In this document: piece after piece, positions 39,962 to 50,717 of the stretch
How the letters are laid out: every line of letters starts with the position of its first letter
How positions within the stretch are numbered: the stretch's first letter is position 1
NCBI RefSeq assembly: GCF_006345805.1
Contig: NC_043002.1
Span: forward strand, 67,394,001 to 67,458,000
Length of the DNA: 64,000 bases
Direction: 5' to 3'
Source of the DNA: Octopus sinensis
Taxonomy: Eukaryota
Program-made: the position numbers and the translations under genes
Notes under the pieces: model-generated
The model's input: only the letters and a program-made list of their open reading frames with translations
The model's database searches: none
What the model was told of the DNA's origin: nothing

Positions 39962-40401
39962 TTTGTTATGAGCATAATTGCTGTACTAGATGAAAAACGG
40001 TACCGGAGTCCCGCATGCAAAAAGTACAACCTATACGTTCGGATGTATCTTTCGAATGCCTCTACTTTTGGCGCGCTGATAATCGAAAAACTAGCCTGCA
40101 GCCAATAATTAGCAGCAGTCAATATATCGGTTTGAGAACATATATTTCATATTTAAAAATTAAGGGTAGAAATTGATATTAGTCAATTAAAACCAGTGGT
40201 CTACACATTAAAAAGAATCCGAAGATTAAAATATTTATATATACCAATTAAGGACTGAACACGAAAAGGTGGACATCAACATGCTAGATATAGACGTCAA
40301 ATCGCCATTCTCCACAAGGATTATGTTCTCAAATAAAAATAAAATTCAGCACGACCTAAAGCAATGGATGAGACAAAAGAAATATACTAATGGAATATTA
40401 C

Positions 40402-40459
40402 CTACGTACTGCAGTTTCAGCTATTAATATCACAGGATATCTGTAGCTTCATCAGCGTA
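40402..40459 (-). ncRNA. Minimal type-I hammerhead ribozyme, copy 3 (stem I shortened to 4 bp by the element junction)
   Basis: Same core. The 5' strand of stem I is UACG only, because the repeat breaks at 40459. Confidence 0.75.
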
Positions 40460-40522
40460 TATCTAGCATGTTGACTGTCCCCTTTTCGTGTTCAGTCCTT
40501 AATTGGTATATATATATATATA

Positions 40523-40589
<67 letters not shown>

Positions 40590-40597
40590 GATATATG

Positions 40598-40647
<50 letters not shown>

Positions 40648-41107
40648 CGTGGGTGTGTGGTAAAAAGCTTGCTTCCCACCCACATGGCTCCGGGTTCAGT
40701 CCCACTGCGTGGCACCTTGGGAAAGTGTCTTCTGCTATAGCCTCGGGCCGACCAAAGGATTGTGAGTGGATTGGGTAGACGGAAACTGAAAGAAGCCCGC
40801 CGTATATATAGTTATATAGATATGTACATGTTTGTGTATCTGTATTTATCCACCAACCATCACTTGACAACTGATGTTGGTGTGTTTATGTCCCCGTAAC
40901 TTAGCGGTTCGGCAAAACAGACCTATAGAATAAGTACTTACAAAGAATAAGTCTCGGAGTCGATTTCTTCGACTAGAGGCGGTGCTCCAGCATTGCCGCA
41001 ATCAAATGACTGAAACAGTTAGAATAAAAGAATATATATACACTATACATATATGTGGGGGGTATACATATATGCATATATATATATGAATGTGTATGTA
41101 TGTGTAT

Positions 41108-41250
41108 TGTGAGTTTATCTCGCCGAAGAAAGATGTTGTAGTTTGCCACTGGCAGTCCCTGAACATCTTATGAAGCTGGTGATTTTGTTTGGCTATTCGA
41201 GTTATATTTTTTAGCTCTTATTTCTAGCAATTGTAGGTGCTCTTTTGCAC

Positions 41251-41287
<37 letters not shown>

Positions 41288-41388
41288 GGAGTAAACACAT
41301 AAATGTGAAACAAGGTGGAAAAAAGAGTACTCAAATACCAGTGGTAGAGTAATATGCTTTATTTAAGTAAAGTATATAATATAATTAT

Positions 41389-41435
<47 letters not shown>

Positions 41436-41516
41436 TTTACTTAAATAAGCATATTACTCTACCACTGGTATTTGAGTACTCTTTTTCCACCTTGTTCACA
41501 TTTATGTGTTTACTCC

Positions 41517-41571
<55 letters not shown>

Positions 41572-41713
41572 GTGCAAAAGAGCACCTACAATTGCTAGAA
41601 ATAAGAGCTAAAAATATAACTCGAATAGCCAAACAAAATCACCAGCTTCATAAGATGTTCAGGGACTGCCAGTGGCAAACTACAACATCTTTCTTCGGCG
41701 AGATAAACTCACA
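41108..41713. repeat. ~600-bp fold-back inverted repeat centred on (TA)n
   Basis: Unique segments 41108-41253 and 41285-41375 are mirrored at 41433-41713. The unique parts differ only by single-base homopolymer indels. Confidence 0.9.
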
Positions 41714-41859
41714 GAATGAAGTAGTTTGATAAAACTATATCACGGGATTTCGAAATTTAACCTCATGTTAAAGAGAAAAAAACCGTTGAATAGCGAGCGC
41801 TAAAATTCAAAACAGTTAAAGTGCATATAAAATATATATCCCATTATGTTTTCATTCAC

Positions 41860-41968
<109 letters not shown>

Positions 41969-42335
41969 TGTATATGTATGTAAAATATTTGTTTATTTAC
42001 GTATACATATATTCCCCGTAACTTCGCTGTTCGGCCATAGTGGTCGATAAAATAAGTACCAGATTTAATAAAAGCATAAGTCGAGCTGTTTGACCAAACC
42101 TTTCAAGGCAGTGCTGCCCCAGCATGGCCGCAGTCCGATAACTGAAACTAGTAAAAGATAAAAGACAAAACACACACATACACACACACACACACATGGC
42201 TGTGTGGTAAGAAGCTTGCTTCCCAACCACACGGTTCCAGGTTCCATCCTACTCCTTGCACCTTGGGCAAGTGTCTTCTACTGTAGCCTTGTGAGCGGAT
42301 TTGATAGACAGAAACTTAAAGAAACCCGTCGTATA

Positions 42336-43655
42336 CGAGGAGGTAGCCAAATGTAACCGGAAACGTTCTTTGTATGACAAGCCCGTGGTATTCCAGGCCT
42401 CCGCCACTAGAAGCCACTTGATGCAACCCTCAACCGATTGGCATCGTCAGCTGATGTCGTACTGTCATGTGGTGCGTCTTTGTTTTGTAATGTTTCTCAG
42501 CCATTCGTCGATTTTTGCGAAGGTTGAAACGAAGGAACAGTGTGCTTCCGTGAAATTCTGTTTTCTGCTAGGGAAAACGGAGGCCGAAGCAGTTGTCATG
42601 CTTCAAACAACTTACAAGGACGCTGCCATGAGAAAACACAAGTTTACGTGTGGTTTCCACGCTTTAGGAATGGTCACTATTCGCTTGAATACTAATCTCG
42701 TTCAGGGCGACCGTTGACCTCCCGATCGAATGAAAACATCATGAAAATTCATAAACAGATCTTGGAAGACTGTCGCCTAAGAGTTGACCAACTTGTTGAG
42801 CTGACTGGTATGCCTTGGAGCTCCTGCCAATGAATTTTGAGTGAGGAATTGCAAATGAAAAGAATTGCAGCAAAATTTGTGTCTCGATTGCTCACGGAAG
42901 ATCAAAAGCAGTAACGACTGAATGTGTGTTGTGAACTGAAAGAACAGTTGAAAGTTGATCCGGGCCTTTTTGGGATCTTTTCGGTTTGAATGGCAGTTTT
43001 TTTTAATAATTTCCACGTAACTAAACACTTTTAAACTTCGTATACTGGTAGAATGTGTTTATAAAACATCTTTTTCTCTTGGCTTTATTGAGAAAATTCT
43101 ATAGTTTGTAAGATATTTGTTGATTTTTTTCTTCAATTTCTGCAATTTCAACCAATCAGTGACGTCTATTGAGGTAAAAAAAACATTCTGTGCCGTATGA
43201 ATATGTCCCTCGTTTAAGAAATAGATTGGGTTTATTTACATTTCTGAAGAAAAAAAGATACCCTTCCCCCCACCCCTAACCCTAACCCTAAAACGGATTG
43301 AAATGCAATAGATCGATACTAGGGTCATAATTATGGGTGACAATTTCATATGACACCGCTAGAAAAACGGCCGTTCAAACCTAAAAGATCCCCTTTTTTC
43401 GAAGATCATCACTGGTGACGAAAGCTGGTGCTACGGAATTTGCAGATGTGGAAGTGGTGAAGAAAAAAACCACAGGGTGGCTAAAAGGCATAGCTTCGTA
43501 AGAATTCTAAGACTGCTTTGAACAGTGGAAAACGCGCCTGAACTGATGCATTGCTTCAGATGGAGAACACTTTGAAGGCTATTAAAGTGTAAACATTTAA
43601 AACGAAGTGAATAAAATAATATTGCAAAATTCCGGTTTCTTTGGGGTACCTCCTC

Positions 43656-43656
<1 letters not shown>
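42336..43656 (+). mobile_element. Internally deleted mariner transposon, interrupted by a MITE
   Basis: TIRs cgaggaggtagccaaatgtaaccggaa / ttccggtttctttggggtacctcctcg. EQCASVKFCFLLGKTEAEAVVMLQTTYKD; after removing the MITE, DPGLFSKIITGDESWCYG; C-terminal CFEQWKTRLN*CIASDGEHFEG. Confidence 0.9.
42973..43391. mobile_element. MITE with ~29-bp TIRs (GGATCTTTT...) and 8-bp TSD, Merlin-like
   Basis: ggatcttttcggtttgaatggcagttttt ... aaaaacggccgttcaaacctaaaagatcc. Flanks cctttttg / cctttttt. Contains (ccctaa)3. Confidence 0.8.
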
Positions 43657-43688
<32 letters not shown>

Positions 43689-43719
43689 ATATATATATAT
43701 ATATGTATGTATGTATATG

Positions 43720-43750
<31 letters not shown>

Positions 43751-44001
43751 CTGTCCACCATCACTGCTTGACAACCGGTGTTGGTGTGTTTACATTCCCG
43801 TAACATTAGCGGTTCGGCAAAAGAGACCAATAGAATAAGTACTAGGCTTAAATATAATAATAAGTCCTGGGGTTGATTTGTTCTTCCAAAAGCCTTCAAG
43901 GCGGTGCTCCAGCATGGCTGCAGTCAAATGACTGAAACAAATAAAGGAATAAAAGAATACGAATACATATATTTACGTATTTATGCATACATTTACACAC
44001 G

Positions 44002-44066
<65 letters not shown>

Positions 44067-46069
44067 ACACACATAAGAAAGACCGTTGTATTTTCTTTTG
44101 AATTTTCCAATTTTTTCAACCTCTTCTTACCCATTCTCTTCTGTTCATTTACATGAATTCTTCCCTTGAAAAATATACATTATTTCCTCGAATTTCACCG
44201 TTCCATGTTAAAATTTTTTTTGTTCTTTCTTGTTATTGTTGTTATTGTGTGTTTAGGGGGCGTATGATAGGGTGTGTTTTAACACTCATCTATCATCTAC
44301 TAGCCCAATGCAGTGTGTGGTCTTGAGTTTTCTTAACTAGATCTCAGAATTGTTGGGATGTCTGTCTGTCTGTCTGTTTGTCCGTCCATTACACCTATCT
44401 GAAATATCACGACGTTTGTGTCAAAGACAGAAAATACTGAATAGTTTGTTGTTTTATTCGATTTTTCCCCCTCTTCCAGTCTAGCTGTTGGTGTACAGGA
44501 AAACTGAAAGTGAGACCCTGAGGGAACTTCAACGTGGCAGATGGACATGCTAGAAATACAAGTCAAATTTCCGTCAACTCACACCTTACATACATACACA
44601 CGTGCACACATACATTCATGTGCGCAATGGATTTCTGCAGTTTCCCCATCACCAAATTTCATTCACAAGGCATTATTAGTTAATTCAAGACTATGGTAGA
44701 GTTCCCTTTCCCAAAATGTAGTTAAACTCCAATTTGAAATCTTATCGGGTCTGAGCCACTACCACTCCAATATTCGCTACTAAAGCAGTACCATTCTGTT
44801 TATTGATATCCATATCCAACCCAATAACACCCTCGTTCGTTGAGATGTATTTGGGGCAAGATTTTGTCGATGGATGCTCTTCCTGTCGCCAACACTTGTA
44901 TTTTCAAGTAAAGTTACCTTCTCGGGTCATATCGACTCATAAGGACCTGTTTCCCCGATTTGATGGCGTATATTATCCCCACCTGGACGGGACGCTGGTC
45001 CGTCGCAGGTTCACTCACTTTTGCCAGTTGAGTAGACGGAAACAACGTGAAATGATGTGTTTTGCTCAAGAACACAACTAGTTTTCCTGTCCAGGAATTG
45101 AAACCACAATCTTATGATCATGAGTCTAACATAAGTTACATACCTCCACATATTTTCAAGTAAAGGATTTTTTTCTTATTCTACAGATTGTCAACAGTGG
45201 GGAGTGACCAGTTGTAATATCGAGAAATGTAAAAAAATCATCACCGTTTCGTTTCAGAGCCGACAAGTTGTGTCACATCAACATTCACACACATACAACG
45301 GATTTCTTATGGCCGCCATCGACCAAATTTTATCACATAGCATTGGGCAACTTGTGATTGTTAATAATTCATGAGATTTTAAATATTTCACTCTCTTGGA
45401 AAGAAAACACCAAATGCAGTAAAACTTAGACAAATTCTAGGCATTGTTGACGTTTGGGCAACATCATTGCATGCAAGTAATTATATCTGGCAGTTGTTAG
45501 CATTTTCTCAGACATACTTTAAAATTTGCCAATAATTTTCTTTTCTGCAGAATATTAATGTAGGCCTTATGGCAATAAGGGTTAGAATCACTGAAATTAA
45601 GCCAATGTGGTCAGATTGTTTCCTACTCCATTCTTCTTGGTATAATGCCAGTCGAAGGTTGATGTTCAAATGCTTCGAGTTTAAGTTTGTCTTTGGACAT
45701 ATTCAAAGATAGCTATCATTCAACTAGAAGCTGAAAACTTTTGGCTATCACGTCTTACTTAGGTTATAGAACTCTCTATATCAATGGATCTCAATCATTT
45801 TTTACCTTAGAGTATTATTTTGTTCCGGTGGACCCTCATAGCCATTCTGTTTTTAAAAATTAGTTTTCTGGATACAGGCCTCACCAAAGCAATGACTAGT
45901 GACCGAAACTTTTGGAAATATGCTGTGCTTGAGAAGACCTGGCAAGCCAAATGAGATCATAACCTCGTGGCCTAGTCCACTTATGCGTACCTTTCCTTCA
46001 TTGGGCACTAAACTCTGCTTGCGAAAACTGTTGAGGCTAGTGAAATCGAAATCGAAATCAAATTCAATG

Positions 46070-46530
46070 ACTGGCATCTGTGCAAGTGGAGTTCTAAGAG
46101 CACCATCTGGACGTGATCGTTGCCAGAGCGGCTAACTGGCTTCCGTGCCAGTGACACATAAAAGGCACCATTCGAGCGTGATCGTTACCAGTGTTGCCTT
46201 ACTGGCACTTGTGCTGGTGGCATGTGAAAAAACATTCAAGCAAGGTCGTTGCCAATGCCACTGGACTGGCTCCTGTGCAGGTGGCACGTAAAAAACACCA
46301 TTTGAGCGTGGCCGTTGCCAGTACCGCCTGACTGGCCCTCGTGCCGGTGGCATGTAAATGCACCCACTACACTCTCGGAGTGGTTGACGTTAGGAAGGGC
46401 ATTCAGCTGTAGAAACTCTGCCAGATCAAGATTGGAGCCTGGTGCAGCCATCTGGTTCGCCAGTCCTCAGTCAAATCGTCCAACCCATGCTAGCCTGGAA
46501 AGCGGACGTTAAATGATGATGCTGATGTTA
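46070..46530 (+). mobile_element. Interspersed repeat family G (internal ~57-bp tandem subunits, (GAT)n tail)
   Basis: Subunit gtggcacgtaaaaagcaccattcgagcgtggccgttgccagt...ctgactgg. Ends ggacgttaaa(c/t)gatgatgat. Copies at 47400-47790 (+), 53085-53545 (+) and 56700-56990 (-). Confidence 0.8.
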
Positions 46531-47824
46531 TTCATACATTCACTTCCGTAGGATGAACTGTGTAAAATCTTAGAGACAGAAACCTCTTTCTTGCAATAAA
46601 TTCATTAAAATCAAAATTTTTTCAGACCCTTAAAATATTACTGTGGATCCCTAATTTACTATTTTGCTGGCGTGGACCAACCAAAAATCATATGGACCCC
46701 AGTTGAGAAACACTGTTCCATATGGTAGCTCAACTTGCAAGAAATAGCAACCAAATCTAAAAATGTATTAAAAAATTAAAACTACATTAATACGACACAC
46801 ATATTAAATAAATAAAAAAAACTTTCAAAATAAAACAAACCTCACCCCAGCTCCCATATGAGAAGTTCAGCTTCTCAGAAGCTATAATGCACAAAAAGAC
46901 TTTTTCCTGAATATGTGCTGTGGAAATTAGAGTGCATCTATGCCCATGTATCGTTTATGACATCAAATAAAGTATGTCCAAATAAAAACTTATGGTGGTC
47001 ATTAAACTGCTCAGTTTGGACTGTCGTGGGTCTCGTAAAATAACAATGATTTCATACTCTACTGGTGACCAGGGCAGTATAACTTCCTCCTTCTTATACC
47101 CTACTAGACATCAATGGACCACAGTGGATTGTTTCAGAACTCAAGTATTTACAGAACAGACTCAGCTAATCATGACCTACAAAATCTCTGACAACCACAA
47201 ACTGACTCGGAATCATTCATAGGTTGTTTTTCTCACTGTTTATGTAACAAAACGGGACCAAGATCGATTGTGATTTTGTATACCAAATGATATGGCAAAG
47301 CGAAATTTCATGAGCACATCTATAAAAATAACATTGTTTATTCAAGGGAAATGCATGTCCAGCCCAGTTAAGAGTAAAATTGATGCGTCGGGTGATGATA
47401 TGCTTGAGAAGACCTGTTGAGTCAAGTAAAACTAAAATCGTAGCTGTGGCCAGTGCCCCGACTGGCTCCCGTACCGGTGGCATGTAAAAAGCACCATCTG
47501 AACATCGCCGATGCCAGTACCCTCTGACTGGTTCCCATGCCGATGGCACATAAAAACCACTATCCAAATGTGATCGATGCCAGACCCACCTGACTGGCTC
47601 CTGTGCTGGTGGCACATAAAAGCACACTCTACACTAGCAGAGTGGTTGGCATTAGTAAGGGCATCCAGCCGTAGAAACTTTGCCAGATCAGATTGGAGCC
47701 TGGTGCAGCCGCTGGCTTTCCAGACCTCAGTCAAACCGCCCAACCCATGCCAGCATGGAAAATGGACATTAAACGATGATGGTGATTAAATATAATGAAA
47801 CAAACTTCATATTTCCTTAAATTC

Positions 47825-47830
47825 TTTATT
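47825..47830 (-). promoter_or_regulatory. Polyadenylation signal AATAAA of EIF3C
   Basis: tttatt on the + strand, ~125 nt downstream of the predicted stop codon and just before an adjacent repeat. Confidence 0.65.
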
Positions 47831-47953
47831 TGCTATTTGGATACAGAAACAGAGAGGAGTATAAGCAACTTTTTTTGTTTTGTTTGTTCTGATATAAAAT
47901 ATCCATGCCGTGTCAAATAAAGCATTTTAACTTCAATTAGAATCCCACGTGGG

Positions 47954-47991
47954 TTAATAATTACGAGTATTCCTGTTAGGACGGCGACCCA
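47954..47991 (-). CDS. EIF3C: eIF3c terminal coding exon (LGRRPNRNTRNY*)
   Basis: Strong acceptor cttcttttgtctttcttttgcag. The phase-1 join gives TTG GGT CGC CGT CCT AAC AGG AAT ACT CGT AAT TAT TAA. Followed by ~125 nt of 3'UTR and AATAAA. Confidence 0.78.
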
Positions 47992-49101
47992 CTGCAAAAG
48001 AAAGACAAAAGAAGGTTCATTAATGGTAAGCTATAAAATAATCAACAAGATTTAATAATGCATTACACTGACATGTTAAACTGCTTCTATTTTTAACCCC
48101 CCTCAGACCTGGGCCCCTATGTAACTTTACCCTCTACCGGGGCTCCTGAGCACAAAAAAAAAAAATAGCTGCATCTACAGCTCAAGATTAATCTTGAACT
48201 GTAGATGCAGGCAAACTAACAGACAGAATCAGTAACATCTTTTTCTATGTGTGTTGTTCATTAATGCTTTACTTGGAATTTAACAGAAATGATGCTTAAC
48301 TTATTCCTGCTATGGCAGGAATATGGCTTGATAAGGTTAATATAGAAACACTGAGATTCAAACCTGCTTCATGTTATCGGATTCTTTCACATCACGATAA
48401 CACATGTTTTCGTCTACTAAATCCTCTCAGAAGACTTTTTTTGGTTGGACCGAGGCTATCGTAGAAGACACTTGCCAAAGATGCCAGGTAGTGGGATTGA
48501 ACACAGACAAGATACCACAAAGCATTTTGTCTGGCTTGCTAACGATTCTGCAAGCTCATCACCTGTTGCTAATGGTCACCTGTTTTCAAGTAAGGTAATA
48601 TTTCCCCACAGCCCAACATGGTTTCATGGAAAATTGGAAATAAAGGACACCATAATGCACATTTAGAACTATCACAAGATATCAAGACAAGGACACACTA
48701 ACACACACATATGCATAAGTGTGTGTGTGTATATATATATGTGATGGACTTCTCTCAGTTTCCTGTTACCAAAGCTTTGATCAATCTGAGTCCAAAGGAC
48801 ATTTTTCCCAAGGTGCCACAGAGTGGGGCTCAACCCAAAATGTTCCCAAGCTTAGTTTGTTTAGAGCTTAACTTTAATGTACAAATAAAGGTGTTACTAT
48901 AACTTTTAGAGGCTCAGTAACTGAGAGTTTACTGAACTGAATTCAACAGTCTAAACAATATTCAAAATTACCTTCATTACTACCATTAATCAATTCATGA
49001 TTAAATAACAGCGTTATAATACTTTCCACAAATATTCAGACAAATATCTCAAACCAATATGTATGTAAAACAGACAAAAAAATAAAAGGAATTTCACTCA
49101 C

Positions 49102-49272
49102 ATTTAATTCCCCACTGGTCACGATCCCTCTGCTTCCAGTTATCGCGTTTTTCTCTATCAGTCCAGTTTCCAGAACGGTCATTTCTTCCACCCCATTTTG
49201 AATCTCCACGTTTATTCCATTGGTTGTTGTCTCGTTTATTCCAACGGCCAGATTGTTGATTGTTATCATAAC
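49102..49272 (-). CDS. EIF3C: eIF3c penultimate coding exon (low-complexity C-terminal tail)
   Basis: Acceptor cttattag, donor gtgagt. 171 nt, phase continues from the previous exon: GYDNNQQSGRWNKRDNNQWNKRGDSKWGGRNDRSGNWTDREKRDNWKQRDRDQWGIK. Confidence 0.85.
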
Positions 49273-50392
49273 CTAATAAGAAATTTCAATATTATTATCA
49301 TTATTATTACACATAATTATAAAGAGAGTCCATTTTTATAATAAAGATAATGAAATTATTGTGTATGGTGTCCAGGTGCCATACAACTCATCAAAGGTGC
49401 ATGTACAGTGCATAGAATTATGTACAAAAGCCAGAAAAGTGAACAGTGTATGAGTCATGATATACATGTGTGTGGTGGGGGTTACAGGTGTAGTGTTGGT
49501 GAATTTCAGGAAGCATGGAGGTTCCAGAAATTCAGAACATTAAATATCTCAGATTACAAGTAGCAAAATATCCAGGAAATATCACAGTCAGGAAAGAAAG
49601 CTTTCACAGAAGTGAATTAATAACCCAGGTTCAATTTAAGGTTTATAGTCATGTGCAACAACCATTTTGTAAATGGCATGTGTATGGAAGGGCTTGGCTG
49701 CCTCAATATATACACACATATACGTGTATTATAAATAAATACATACTTTGCACATATATATATTTGTCTAACCCAGACTAACATAGAGAAACAGACACAA
49801 CACGATCAAATACACACACACACACATCTATCTTTTTTCTTTTTTGTGCCCACTTTTCTATGCTTGCATGGATCAGAGTTTATTGAAGCAAATTAGCAAT
49901 GGCCAGATGCCATTCCTGTTGCCAACCCTTCCCTCCTTCCAAGCAAGGTAATATTTCCCATTGGCCAGACATGTTTCTGCAGAATATTGGAAATAAATGA
50001 CATTCATTTACAATAACCACATAATGTCAGGACAAGGAGGAATATACACACACACATGACGGGTTTGCTTTAGTTTCTCTCTACAAAATCCAATCATAAG
50101 GCTATAGTGCAAGGAACTTGCCCGAGGTATTACACAATAGGACTGAACCCACAACCATGTAATTGAGAAGCAAACATCTTAACCACACAACTACACACTG
50201 CAAGGATGGAACCACACCTGCATGCATCTCATATACCATCATTTAACATCCGTTTTCCATGCTGGCATGGATTGGACAAATATATATGTATGTATATATA
50301 TATATAGTAGAAGAAATAGCTATAACCCTTTGACTGCTATTTCTAAATTCGGTATGTGGTAAGGCAACTCGTTGCTAAACCCTTATTGCTTA

Positions 50393-50431
<39 letters not shown>

Positions 50432-50557
50432 CAAGCAAAATAGCCAAACTATGGTGTGGAGACATATTAAAGCAACTAAGAGACTTGATGTCCCTTAAAC
50501 ATTTTTTCTTTACACTTTATTAGATATAAAAGAAACTAAAAGAAAAAACCTGCTCAC

Positions 50558-50717
50558 CAGACTTATAGTAGTTAAGACCAGGTTTATTTTCCAGTATACG
50601 CTCATTGTTTTCCACCAAATTGGCCACTTTCTCGGATAATTGCAGAGCCAAAGATTGCAGGCGACTTGGTTCTGTACGATGCATAACAACAGTTTGAGTT
50701 GGCTCGTCCAGGGACGC
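50558..50717 (-). CDS. EIF3C: eIF3c coding exon
   Basis: Acceptor aattcaatag, donor gtgagc. 160 nt, [53 protein letters not shown](G). Not called in this frame by the ORF track. Confidence 0.95.

Larger units (their letters stand above)
39146..40512 (-). mobile_element. Hammerhead-bearing ~500-bp tandem repeat (2.6 units plus a short inverted tail) in (TA)n; Penelope pseudo-LTR / retrozyme-like
   Basis: Units at 39146-39653, 39654-40154 and 40155-40459. 40458-40512 is the reverse complement of an internal unit segment (e.g. 39229-39284). Both ends abut TA microsatellite. Confidence 0.75.

Noticed and set aside
42301-42717. 138-aa ORF as an intact transposase gene
   Set aside because: Frameshifted, internally deleted and MITE-interrupted mariner. 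The same applies to 17806-18126.
43274-43291. Interstitial telomere or fusion scar
   Set aside because: Only three CCCTAA units, and they lie inside a MITE.
47217-47430. Acceptor-like site at ~47417 as the EIF3C last exon
   Set aside because: It lies at the edge of repeat family G (same motif at ~45935) and downstream of the better exon and poly(A) signal at 47991-47825.
49036-49269. ORF-track protein MITINNLAVG...
   Set aside because: Wrong frame over a real EIF3C exon. Splice phase dictates the GYDNNQQ... frame.
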